The position numbers and the translations under genes were made by a program. Shown piece by piece: positions 14,109-25,758 of a stretch of DNA of 64,000 bases. Source of the DNA: Geosiphon pyriformis uo1 (Eukaryota; Fungi; Glomeromycota); contig JAAOMT010000523.1 in assembly GCA_016748015.1 (NCBI GenBank), forward strand, positions 866,156-930,155. Reading direction: 5' to 3'. The notes beneath the pieces were generated by a model. The model saw only the letters and a program-made list of their open reading frames with translations, was not told the origin of the DNA and made no database searches. Numbering within the stretch: the first letter of the stretch is position 1; every line of letters starts with the position of its first letter.

Positions 14109-14511
14109 GTTCTTTCTTTTTTCGTGCATGATGGCTATTTTGTGTCAAAATAAAAAACTTGTATTTTAAACGGTGCCAAAAAAAAAAAGAATAAAAATAA
14201 AAAANNNNNNNNNNNNNNNNNNNNNNNNNNNNNNNNNNNNNNNNNNNNNNNNNNNNNNNNNNNNNNNAAAAAAAAAAAAAAAAAACTTTGAATGAATTTA
14301 AGTTAAGGTTTATTATTATTATTATTATTATTATTATTTTTTTAAAAAAAAAAGGGCTAAAAAAAAATTTTTTTTTGGGAATCACATACAAAAAAATTTA
14401 AAGTAGTTGAGCACAGAAAATAATAATAAATTATAAATAATAATTAATAAATTGTAAATTATAAATTGTAAAATAACAACAACAACAATAATAATATTAT
14501 TATTAACAATG

Positions 14512-14544
<33 letters not shown>

Positions 14545-14747
14545 TAAAAAGGTTTAAAAGAAATTTTGGTCCCAAAAGTTTCTTTTCAACTCCGTTAAAT
14601 TTAAGAAATTCCTATTTTGAATTACAAACAATTTGATCTACCTATTTTAATTTTTTTTTCTGCTAGTTTTTTTTAATAATTTAATGGGATTTTCAGGTTA
14701 TTTGAGTTAAATTGTTAGAACAACAGATTTTCCCAAGTTTCTTTTGA

Positions 14748-14748
14748 C

Positions 14749-14821
<73 letters not shown>

Positions 14822-14893
14822 GTAATAATAATAGTAATAGTAATAGTAATAATATTAATAGTAATAATAACAATAGTAATAGTAATAGTAATA
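14748..14893. repeat. (AAT)n/(AATAGT)n microsatellite
   Basis: Direct reading. Confidence 0.9.
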
Positions 14894-17471
14894 GAAATTT
14901 AGGTTAAATTGGATTTTTTGGTTATTTTTAGGACACTCTCTCCCGAAATTATTTCAAGCAAGTACGTTTAATTATTTTGTTGTCGCTGTCGCTGTCGCTT
15001 TTGCTGCTGTTGCTCCTCCTGCTGCTGCTGCTGTTGTTGCTCTTGCTATTATTGTTAGTCCTATTCAAGCTTTGAGTTTTTTTTTTGAATATTAAAAATT
15101 TTTAAAATTAGAAAACTCTTCTTTGATTCCCATTGTGACCAAAAGAGGTGATACCAATAAATTCAAAATTACCAATAATGAATATTGAATATTAAGGAAA
15201 AAGCGGATTATCGGAATCCGGTTTGTTTAAATCAGGTTTTACAATGGGATGCTTAAATTTAGAAATCCCTTGATTCATTTTTAATATTACCAAAATAGTA
15301 ATTTCTTAGATTTTAATCCCACTTTCTAGCATGAATAATAATTAACAAAGTCGGATGGATTGTAACACATCAATAATAAGTAGTACTAAACATTGCGAAC
15401 TAAGAATACTATTTTCCCGTATGACCCTCAGGAGAGAGGGTCAAGCAATCCCCCGAGTCCCATTTTCATCTTTGTCCATTACACCCTCGTAATTCACTGG
15501 GAGTTTACAAATTTTTCAGCAAGGGAAAGTTAAATACCCAAACAAATTAAAACAAGCAAGTAATCACGAATGAAATAGAAAATTTAATTGTGAGCGGAAC
15601 AAATCATAATTTCAAATAACGAAGGAGGAGAGCTGCAATTGTACATTTCGGCCCCCCCCCCCGATGCTTTTTATGTTACCACACCAACTACAAGTCTGGG
15701 ATGTGTGGGCCTAATTTTGTATGACAATGCGAACTTCTAACTACTAGGCCTTAGCCTTGGGGATCAGACATTGACAGAAACCATAATGTACCTAGCAGAG
15801 CATTTTCCGGAAAGTCTTTTTCTCGCCTTACCATTCGTTATATCTGACACCTTAAATGGTGAGATGATGATTGGGTCAAACTCGCGAGTGGAAGACAATA
15901 TCGTCTTTCTGTGAGACTGCTTTCTCGAGTCGCCGGGGCTTGAGTTTTTTACACTTTGAAGTAAAAATAGTCTGTTTAAATTTTTCGAAATGAGTTCCTC
16001 CACATACTTGCACAGGCAAGCAATCTGTCCAATGTCACAGGACGAACCTATTTTATCTATGCCCTTAGTTTAGAAGTGTAAAGGCCATAACACGCGATTA
16101 TCCTTATTATAAAAAAATCGATATGCATAGGCACACATTGACGAAGTGTAAAAATACGATAAAAAATTGTGAGCTCAAATCGTAACAATGTGATGAAATG
16201 ACCTAGGTGACTGGAAAGAAGGATGACGCCTTGGGTACCTTGTTGTCACTGTGTATTATGTCTAATAATTTTGTCTCGTGCTGTTAGCGGCTTCATCGTT
16301 GATATTAACAGGAGCCGAACTTCATGAGAGCATCCCAAGATGGGCGAAGGCCCTACAAACCTTTTTTTCGCCCCAGATAGCAGCGACGTGGGGTCGAGAA
16401 TTTCTCCAAAGCGTCATCACTTGTTATGTGCTGCCGTTGTCCTGATTTTAGTCTTGGGATTTTGCTTGTTCTAGCGCTCTCTTCTGTATTTAGCTGCTCG
16501 TTCTTCTTGCATTCTGCAGATGAAGACCATTTTGATGATAAAAATATCCTGGGAAAGTTTGTGTTCGTCTGAAGTTTTTATCATCGAAGAAAACTATAAA
16601 TTTTGCAGAATGGAGGGAAGTGATGGTGGCCAAACCAGCAAAGACGGTTGCGATAAACAACCACCACTTTTGAGATCGCTCCGCAACTTGTCCGTTCTAA
16701 TAGGGCTTAAGTCCAGATCGTTTGAAGTTTACACCTGGACCAATATTGGTGAGAAGTTCGTAGTCAGAAATCAAGAAAGGAGGAGCCGCTTTTATCGCCC
16801 GAGATCCTCTTTTTGCTTCGTGCTAAAGAAATGGGTGGTAGAGAGATAATCTTTCTAGTAGCGGAGGTGGGTGCTGTAGTAATTGCATTTTGGGAACTTA
16901 GCTCGGGAAAAAAGTAAAATAGCAAAAACGTGATGGGGTATTTATTGTCACGATTTTTGATCCTGATTTTTATTGATAATCGTTACCGGAATTACATTTA
17001 CAAGAAAGTACCTTTTTGCCATCTGATCATTCCTTGAGCACTCTTTGGATTGTTAAATTAATAATAATAATAATCAAAGATTAAAAAATTTAATTATTAA
17101 ACCAATATATTTATTAATTATTTTATTAATTATTATTTTGCAAATTAAAATATATTTGTTTAACTTAAAATTTTCTAATTTTATTTTTTGATTCTGTAAA
17201 AAAATTTATTTATTTTAATAATAAAAATATATTATTTATATTATTATTATTTTTTATTTATAATTATTATCATATTTCAATGTATAATTAATAAATATTT
17301 AATAAATTATGTAAATTAATTTTTATAATTACAAATCATATTTTATTAATATTTTTAATTATTATATTTAATAAATTATTATTATTTTTTGTATTTAATA
17401 TATTATGTTTTGCATTCATTATTTTTTTTTAAAAACAAATGTCAAATGAATAATAATAATAATAATAATAA

Positions 17472-17511
<40 letters not shown>

Positions 17512-18160
17512 GTAATATAAATTTTTTTACATACTTAATTAATATATAATAAAATTGTAAATTTTATTAAAATTGTTAAATAAAAATGTTTTTTTTTAAT
17601 ATATTTAAAATTTTATAAAATTTAAATTTAATAAAATATAATATAATACATTAATTAATTAACTATAAATAAAAATCCATAAAAACATATTTATATAAAA
17701 TTCAAAATAATATACATATACACATATAAATAATATGTAAATTATATTTAATAAATTTATTAAAAAACAAATTAAAATGGTTTAAAGACTAAGTAATACT
17801 TACTTGAAATCATTGATGTCTTATATATAAATAATAAACACATTACATTTAAACAAAATTATCAGTTACAAATTTATCGAGATTCAGTGTTTATTTTGAA
17901 GGTTGAAATGTTATCCAAGTCATCACCATAATTTTATTTGAATTTTTACCAATAAAAAGTGGCTCAATCAAGATTGAAATATACAACTGCATGAACAATG
18001 AAAATTATCCGTGTTGGCGAAAAATTTTGTTTCATTCATCTCGGAATAAGAAAAAAGGAACAAGTTTTTAATTCTATTTTGATTTTTTGTGATTTACTCG
18101 ACCTAAATCTTCATCCAATAATAAAATTTAAAGTCATTGATTAAAAAAAATTTGGATATT

Positions 18161-20053
18161 CTAAATTAATTCTTCTTCAATTCCTTTCAGTATAGAACAA
18201 TTCAAAGGGACATAAAGAGTTTTAGTTCCATCGTTATTTCGGCAAGTTCGAATAATACGGTGATCACGAAATTCCGTAAGTTGGGCTTGAAAGGTGACTT
18301 CGCTACTGACGAGAAACTCATTACGACATTTATTATATAATACTCCATACTCCAGTCCGGTATCCTGTGGTCGAACAGGGCTGGTGAATCCTTCAGATTC
18401 AGTAATCTGATTCTTAATCAAGAGCTGAAATATACCACGTGCGCGGGGGCTTAAGCTTGATAGTACATGATGGATTGATTGTGGGTTCAATTCTGCTCCA
18501 CCTCGCATTAAGAAAGAATTTTCGTAACTTGTCTCTAACTTGTAAGGTTGGTAGGTGGTTGCATCATGTTTTACCCAATTAAATCTAGTCGCACACACAT
18601 TATCAATAAGCAAGCCAGCGTGAATATTATCCATCGAAGCAATAAAATGGATATTGGGACTGGAAGCTAAGATGCTGAGGCAAGCATATGTTCTTTCAGA
18701 GCGAAGTTGCTGGCCATCAATATTATGAATGAGGATGTATAGACGCTGTATTGCACGTTCGGAACATGAAAAATATGAATGAATGAATCTGGCCTGTTCT
18801 TCTAATGATCCGCGGGGGTTATCGTTTAGGACTTCGTGGTAGATATTCTTTAAAATGGTTCTTAAATTTATTGATGGAAAATAGCCATTTACAATAAGCA
18901 AGGGATGATCTGTGAGGATGTTTCTTGCGAAATTCTCCAGCAATTTCCTTTTCGATCCGAATCCATAAAACAAAAGGTTGAAACCGGATATGAGCTCGAA
19001 ATACCACTGATAGAATTGGGCCTGTTGAAACTTTGAGAGTATCTCAAGTTCTTCTTGATGTTTAACAGGAAGATTGTTCAAAGTTTCTATTAAATCTTTA
19101 TCTTCCAACTGGGGAAGGTTTGAAAGTGTATTATGGGAAGTGGGAGAACTGTGAAGATCCGAAAAATATTTTTCATATCCTAATTGGTCTTCTTCGTAAA
19201 CAGCAACTTTTGCTCGTTTGATTTTACGCGGGGGCGTCACATTTCCTTCATCTTGACTATTATCATAGTCGTCGTCGTCATTATCATCACTATCATCACT
19301 TTGGAATGTTTGCCCCGGGTCTTCAATATTCTGTTTGTCTTTGTCTGAAAATGGACTGCAACGTGTTGGCGAGATTATGTTGGCTTGGTCGCTCTTGTTG
19401 AAAAATTCGAACTGTTCAGTCCTTTGAAGATCTCCATATTTAGTTGGGCTTAATGGAAATCCCTTCTCTGCAAAGGAATTGACCAAACCACGGTTTTCTT
19501 TCAGAGTTTTGGCAGCAACACGGGTTAATCGTTTAATTGGTTTTTTAATGAATTGGGTTTCGTTTTCTTTTTCCCTAATTAGGAGTTGACTTCCTTCTGA
19601 TGAGCTTAAAATGGTTTCATTATCTGAGACAGGGTCCTCTTTCTGTGCTTCTTTACATTTTTGCAGAAACTTATTAAACACATTTTTCTTTGGCCCCCCA
19701 ACAAATCCGAAAATATTCTTTCCTCTGTGACGAGGGGAAAGTTTTATTTTTCCTTTGAGCTCAGTTTCTTTTTCGTCATTGAAAGGATTGTCTTCGAAGG
19801 TTTCAAGTTGCGGTAAAGAGGCTCTAGCGAATTCGTTTTCCGCTTTAACAGAGTCAACCGTGAGGCCATTTGCAATAACGCGTTTTTGCGGGGATTTTCT
19901 GGGGGATCTTCTGGGAGACTTTATTTGATGTTTGCTTTTTAAACCATTCACTGCTTCTCTTTCTTTTTCGCGTAAAGAAATAGAAACTGTGTTTACAATA
20001 TGACGTGGAATTTCATTTTCTGCTTGGTAGAGAATCGCACGAAGTGTAGACAT
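18161..20053 (-). CDS. ORC2: Origin recognition complex subunit 2, single exon, 630 aa
   Basis: C-terminal ORC2 domain: QFYQWYFELISGFNLLFYGFGSKRKLL, VNGYFP, LIHNIDG, HFIASMD, HDATTYQPY.ETSYE, FLVSSE...QLTEFRDH. The N-terminus is low-complexity with SP/TP sites. Confidence 0.96.
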   Translation of the reverse strand: MSTLRAILYQAENEIPRHIVNTVSISLREKEREAVNGLKSKHQIKSPRRSPRKSPQKRVIANGLTVDSVKAENEFARASLPQLETFEDNPFNDEKETELKGKIKLSPRHRGKNIFGFVGGPKKNVFNKFLQKCKEAQKEDPVSDNETILSSSEGSQLLIREKENETQFIKKPIKRLTRVAAKTLKENRGLVNSFAEKGFPLSPTKYGDLQRTEQFEFFNKSDQANIISPTRCSPFSDKDKQNIEDPGQTFQSDDSDDNDDDDYDNSQDEGNVTPPRKIKRAKVAVYEEDQLGYEKYFSDLHSSPTSHNTLSNLPQLEDKDLIETLNNLPVKHQEELEILSKFQQAQFYQWYFELISGFNLLFYGFGSKRKLLENFARNILTDHPLLIVNGYFPSINLRTILKNIYHEVLNDNPRGSLEEQARFIHSYFSCSERAIQRLYILIHNIDGQQLRSERTYACLSILASSPNIHFIASMDNIHAGLLIDNVCATRFNWVKHDATTYQPYKLETSYENSFLMRGGAELNPQSIHHVLSSLSPRARGIFQLLIKNQITESEGFTSPVRPQDTGLEYGVLYNKCRNEFLVSSEVTFQAQLTEFRDHRIIRTCRNNDGTKTLYVPLNCSILKGIEEELI

Positions 20054-20073
20054 AATTAATTTTTTTTTACAAA

Positions 20074-20132
20074 GAACGCGACTTAAAATCCATTAATTCT
20101 GTGATAGTTAATATTTATATGGAGTCGCGTTC
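20074..20132. promoter_or_regulatory. Inverted pair of MCB-like (ACGCG) boxes just upstream of ORC2
   Basis: GAACGCGACT (20074-20083) and AGTCGCGTTC (20123-20132) are exact reverse complements in otherwise CG-poor DNA, 20-80 bp upstream of the ORC2 ATG. Confidence 0.5.
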
Positions 20133-20754
20133 ATTGTTACAAGGTCGATCAGTTCACCATAAATGTGCATAAAAATTTTTTTTAAACAATAATTTGATTT
20201 TAAATACTGTTTAATTTTAAGAAATTTTTAAATAATTTCTTTAAAAAAAAATTTATTAAGGTTAATATACAAGAAACATAAAATTTATAAAATTAATTTT
20301 TTAATATAAGCTAAAAATGTATTAACAAGTTTAATTGTAAGTTAATAAAAATTTTTAAACAAAATTGATTAATAAATTGATTAATTAAAAAATCATGTAA
20401 TTATGTTATTTAATAATAAATTCCAATTAACTTGTGCACAAACTTAAAAATTAATAGAGTAAAATAATAATAATAATAATAATAATAATTTGTTTTTAAT
20501 TATTTAAAATGCTTTAACTAAATGTAATCCAATTACTATCTACGCATTTTTAACAAGGAATATTACATAGTAGTAGAAGAAAAAGAAGAAAAGGCTTACG
20601 CAGTTATAACGTGTGGCCAACCACCTATAAATAATTATATAATATTTTTTATATAATTATTAACATATTATTTATCAATACATTATTAATTAGAAATAAA
20701 TTATTAAAAATATTTTTTTTTGTTTAATTTTATACAAAATTTTAATATTTTTAC

Positions 20755-20820
<66 letters not shown>

Positions 20821-20849
20821 ATTGGAAAAGCTAAAAATAAAAATTATAA

Positions 20850-20881
<32 letters not shown>

Positions 20882-22950
20882 ATTTATTAAATCAAATTAT
20901 TGTAACTTAAAAAAACCTTAAATTAAAAATAATATTAAATTTTATTTAATAAATTTTATTATAAAATTTTTTAATTTTTTAATTTTTTAATTTTTTTTCA
21001 TAGAATACAAAAGGGTGGCTGGTCACATTTAGTAAAAGTGTGAGCCACGCCTTTTGTATAGGAATTCTTCATTTTATGAGCATAAAAAAAGAATACAAAT
21101 TTGTATAATATATATAACAAAAATATAAGCTTGGATATTATTATAATAACAAAAAGATAAGCTTTGAATAACAAGAAGATAAATTATAAAAATATATGTT
21201 TTTATATAATTATTTAAAATTATTTTTGTTTTAAATTTTTTTTTTGTTAATTATAAATAATGTTAATAATAATGTGTATCAGTTTTAACAAAAATAAAAT
21301 TTTTTGAGGTAGAAAACTCGGATTACACCCTTTCGGAACGTCGCTTAGAGAGCTTCGGTAGTTATGTCATGTTTGGAATTGTGAACGTCCTGGAATGGAC
21401 CCGGGTGCTAATAAATCTGGCGTTGGCCGAGTCTTGGCTGATTTGGTAAACCCAAGCGGGGGGGACCGGTTCATGGTACTGGGGGGCCGGTATTTAGCAT
21501 TCGCCAAGGGTTTCGTGGATGGGGATGATACGTAGACACTGTTGACAAATTTAAGGACTCAAAATTAGTCAACCAGAGAATTATACAAGTGGTCAGATGT
21601 TTTGTACCCCTGCATCGTGAAAAGGATTTGATTTCAAAGGGCAACACACTATCCTACGATAGAGAAGGTGATGAGGCATAAGATTAAAACTAAAATGTCC
21701 CGATTTATGTTAATGAAATGTTGCATGTAGCTAGGTCATTTGTGTGGCTGGTTATGCGGTAGATCCACTACTAATATGTTGTTTGCAAAAAAAAAAATTA
21801 TATTTTTAACAAAATTAATAATAATTACTCAACTTTAAATAATCCATATTTCAAAGTGTTGAAACTTTTGAATTATTTTAAAATAGATTATTTTAAAATA
21901 ATTTTATACAAATTTAAATATATATATTAAAAATAATAATATAATTAAAAATTTTACAAATAAAAGTATTTAATTAAATATTATTTATTTATTTATTTAT
22001 TTAATATTTAAATATTAATAAAAAAAAATTTTTTTTTTCATGTTTTCAAAAAACAAAGATTTTTAAAATAATTAAATTAAATTATTTTATTATGTTTAAA
22101 ATTAAATGTAATTAAAAAATTAAAATTCAGTATTTTTGTTATATTTTAATTTTTAACAAAAATTTAACTTTTAAAATTATAATTATTAAAAAAATAAAAA
22201 TTTTATAAAAAAAAATTTAACTTAATTTTTATTTATTATATTTAATTACATTTTTAAATTATTACAAATTGAATATTATCAATAAAAAAAAAATATATTA
22301 AACAAAATTAAATAATAAATAATATAATATTAAATTAATAATAAAAGTTAAAAATAAATTTTAAATTTTAATTAAGAATAGCATTTTCTGTTTCTTTTTT
22401 AATATTTTATATATTATTTGATAAACACTTTTAAATAATGTTTAAATTATGTTTTTATTTTTTACAAAAAAAAAAATTACTCATGTTTATAATTAAAAAC
22501 TTATTTATTCTTATTAAATAACTTTTATAATTGCTTTTTATTATAACTATTAATAATTAAATTATTATTCTCATAGTCTGTTATGAGATGAATAACTTCA
22601 AATAAATTTTATTCTAAGTTTGATCATAAATAAAAATAAAGTTGCAAAATGATAACAAATTTTTATTTTAAGAAATTAATCCGAGTTTTTTCAAAGTATC
22701 TTGAACATAAATTAACTAGAAATTAATGTACTTGAATTAATAATTGTACTTTATAATTTTTTTTATATTTCTAATAACATTTTTAACTAATTTATTAAAA
22801 TAATAATGAAAAATATTATTACATCAATTCTAAAAAGCATTCAAACTTAAACATATTTATGAACTTTGAGCTTAGAATTGAAAATTAATCGAACCGAATT
22901 TAATCTAGAAAATCTAATTATGATGACCATCTGGGAGAAAATTAGTTGAA

Positions 22951-22990
<40 letters not shown>

Positions 22991-24367
22991 GGTGACAACA
23001 ATAAATTTACCATGTCAATAAAAATTATCAAAACAATTACATATTTTCTTGAAAGTAACAGTTTCATGAATAATTTCAAAAAATAAATAAATGGTCTTAT
23101 CGGGTTTAGATAAAAATTTTAAAAAAAAAAAAAAACTTTTTTTAAACACTTGACAGATGCCAAGAACAAACAAATAAAAGCATTACAACTTATTTTGAAA
23201 AGATTCAATAAAAAACTTTTCAAAAGAATTAATTAAATAAAGATCAATATATTAATTAAAAGCCATAAAAAAATAAAAATAATAATCTAATCATCGTATT
23301 TTCCATATTTAAGATTCATTTAATTTTTTAAAATGTTTAGGAAAATTCGAGATAATATATATATATATATCCTTTGAAAATTTTTGAAATGGTGGGATTC
23401 AATTTCTTACTTTAAAGAAAAATTTATATATATAACCTTTTTAACAAGTTTCAAAAATTCTAAATTTCACCTCACTAGTTATAAATTTTAAAAGTTTTTT
23501 ACTTTATGGAAAAAAGTTTGTAAGCTTTTAATAAAAAATTAATTGTAATTAGTTATGATATCATCTTTACTTTTGAACTATATAGTATATATATATATAT
23601 TAAATTATCATAAAATTGTGAGAGTGGAAATTCGGAAAATCATTCTTAGTTATCCTTTCGAAATACATTTTGTACCTTACATCGTTTCTTTCAAAGTTTC
23701 CCGATTTGGTTAAGAAAAATTCCGAAATGAGAATTCAAAAGTTTTAATCATGGATAATATTTGGTCAGGGTTCTTTGACCTTTAGAAATTGAAAAAAAAA
23801 TAAAAATAAAATAAAAATAAAAAAAAGATGTCTGATTGTCTTATCAGTGCCTTTGTAAACTGAATTTGTTAGGTTCACATTCGGTAAAATTTAAATTTTC
23901 CTGTCCGAAATTACAAATACCAAATATCACGTCGGAAAATCTTAATCTTCTCAACAATGAAAATTTTAATTAATTTTATAATTTTCTCTTTTAAATTGAA
24001 TCATTCACTCAGACGCGATGTTAGTTTCATTGCAACTATAGAAAATCTAAAATTTTTGGTAATATATCGGATAGCAAAGATTTGTGGAAAAAGAGATGTG
24101 TCAAACAGAAAAAGCAAAATTTCTAAAGATATTCTTGGTTTTTCTATAAAAAAAAAACGGAATTCTGAATTGGATATAATTTTTTTTGCGAAAAAAAGTC
24201 AAACCATCTAACAAATTTTACTTTTATTTTTACTCAAAAAAAACAAAAACCGATTTATCCTGTATTTTTGGTTTCTCCTCCTAGCCTTTTTTTATTTTAT
24301 TAACTTTCTCAACTTTTAATTATCAAAAGTGAATGAAAATTAAAAATCGAAAATTCATCTACCCCCA

Positions 24368-25537
24368 ATGCAAAAAATAAAAAAATTTAATCTAGGTCTC
24401 GTCTCCTGTTTATTTTCGTTGCTTCTTTTAGGGGGAATTCAACCTTTAACGGCATTAAATTTACCAACTCATCGAAATAAATCCAATAGTCCAAATGTTA
24501 CTCAACTTGACTCCTCTTCTCTCAAATTAGATCATTCGAATATATTAAAACGTAATGCAAAGTTCACATATTACTGGGTCCCCATGGAATCTGACCCACA
24601 ATTCAAATCTTCAAAACAAACCATTCTTCGCACTTGTCAAAATAAACCAATCACCCGAGTCTCCTCAACCTTTGCCGTTTCAATTAGAATGGAAGGTAGT
24701 GGTTATACGCTCTCGGGTAAACTTATTAATCTCGGGGATTGTGATTGTAAAAAGGGATTCGCATGTTTCGAGGAACTCGACCATCGAAAATTCCCATTTG
24801 GACAATCATCAATGACTCGTCCGTTGGTTCCATTTCAAAGTGCCGCTGTGAATGATTTAAAACCTGGAACAAAAGTTTATGTTCCACAATTGAAAGGACT
24901 TCAAACTCCAAATGGGAGACGACATAATGGGTGTTTAGTGGTAGATGATACTGGGTGGTCGTTTAAGGGAAATCATTTAGATTGGTTTGTGTTTTCGGAA
25001 AAAAATTATAAAAAAATGGAACATCAGAAATCCATTGATAAAGTGGATATTCATGAAGGAACAGGATGTAAATTACTGGATTATGGAACTGAAATATTAA
25101 ATTCTAAAAATTTTAAAGGTGCTTTGAATCGAGATTTAACAAAAGTCCTTGGTTGGACTACACCGTCAGCAAAAAAAAAAAAAAATTCATTTCATGAAGA
25201 GTTTGGGGTGAACTTAATAAGCAAGCTGGCTGAAAATAATGATTTTCAAGTTGAGGTTCCTAACAAAAACATCACAAATGCTTTAAAATTGATTAATCCC
25301 TCTACAAATAAACCTATTCAAATTCCAATCCAATTTCCAATTTCTCCCTACAATAATCCCTCTAGAAATAAACCTATTCAAATTCCAATCCAATTTCCTA
25401 TTTCTCCCTACAATAATCCCTCTAGAAATAAACCTATTCAAATTCCAATCCAATTTCCTATTTCTCCCAACGAAATCCTATATTATCCTTCTTCTTTTAG
25501 CTCGCCAAATAATTTGGAAAATGCGCTTTTAAAATAA
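24368..25537 (+). CDS. Secreted 3D (Asp-Asp-Asp; MltA/RlpA-like double-psi beta-barrel) domain protein, putative lytic transglycosylase, single exon
   Basis: Hydrophobic signal peptide (LGLVSCLFSLLLLGGIQPLTA) and a KR site before NAKFTYYW. Motifs MEGSG, SAAVNDLKPGTKVYVP and VVDDTGWSFKGNHLDWFV match the 3D consensus AVD..IPLGT.VYI...DTGGAIKG..IDIF. Confidence 0.8.
   Translation: MQKIKKFNLGLVSCLFSLLLLGGIQPLTALNLPTHRNKSNSPNVTQLDSSSLKLDHSNILKRNAKFTYYWVPMESDPQFKSSKQTILRTCQNKPITRVSSTFAVSIRMEGSGYTLSGKLINLGDCDCKKGFACFEELDHRKFPFGQSSMTRPLVPFQSAAVNDLKPGTKVYVPQLKGLQTPNGRRHNGCLVVDDTGWSFKGNHLDWFVFSEKNYKKMEHQKSIDKVDIHEGTGCKLLDYGTEILNSKNFKGALNRDLTKVLGWTTPSAKKKKNSFHEEFGVNLISKLAENNDFQVEVPNKNITNALKLINPSTNKPIQIPIQFPISPYNNPSRNKPIQIPIQFPISPYNNPSRNKPIQIPIQFPISPNEILYYPSSFSSPNNLENALLK
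25295..25468 (+). repeat. 60-bp coding tandem repeat, about 2.9 copies (NPSRNKPIQIPIQFPISPYN)
   Basis: Near-identical units starting at 25295, 25355 and 25415. Confidence 0.95.
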
Positions 25538-25758
25538 ATCTTCTTGTCAAAGGATGTTAGACAAATTGACAATCAAATATAAAAATAAAAAACTTTTTAA
25601 TATTTGAGGAAAAGATATGAGTGTTTAAAGTTCATAATTTAATAAAATTCTAGAGTTTAATAAAAGTCTCACTACACGTGACACACCCGAGATTAATTGA
25701 TTGAATTTCTTTTATAAAACCACAAGCATAAACATAAAACAAAGCAAAGTTTTAGAGA

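Noticed and set aside
11698-14391. ORFs of poly-Ile, poly-Leu, poly-Tyr and poly-X
   Set aside because: Artefacts of microsatellites and N gaps.
16700-16770. Kinase subdomain-I-like DYELLTNIGPG on the minus strand
   Set aside because: No VAIK, HRD or DFG motifs follow and the frame stops quickly; probably chance.
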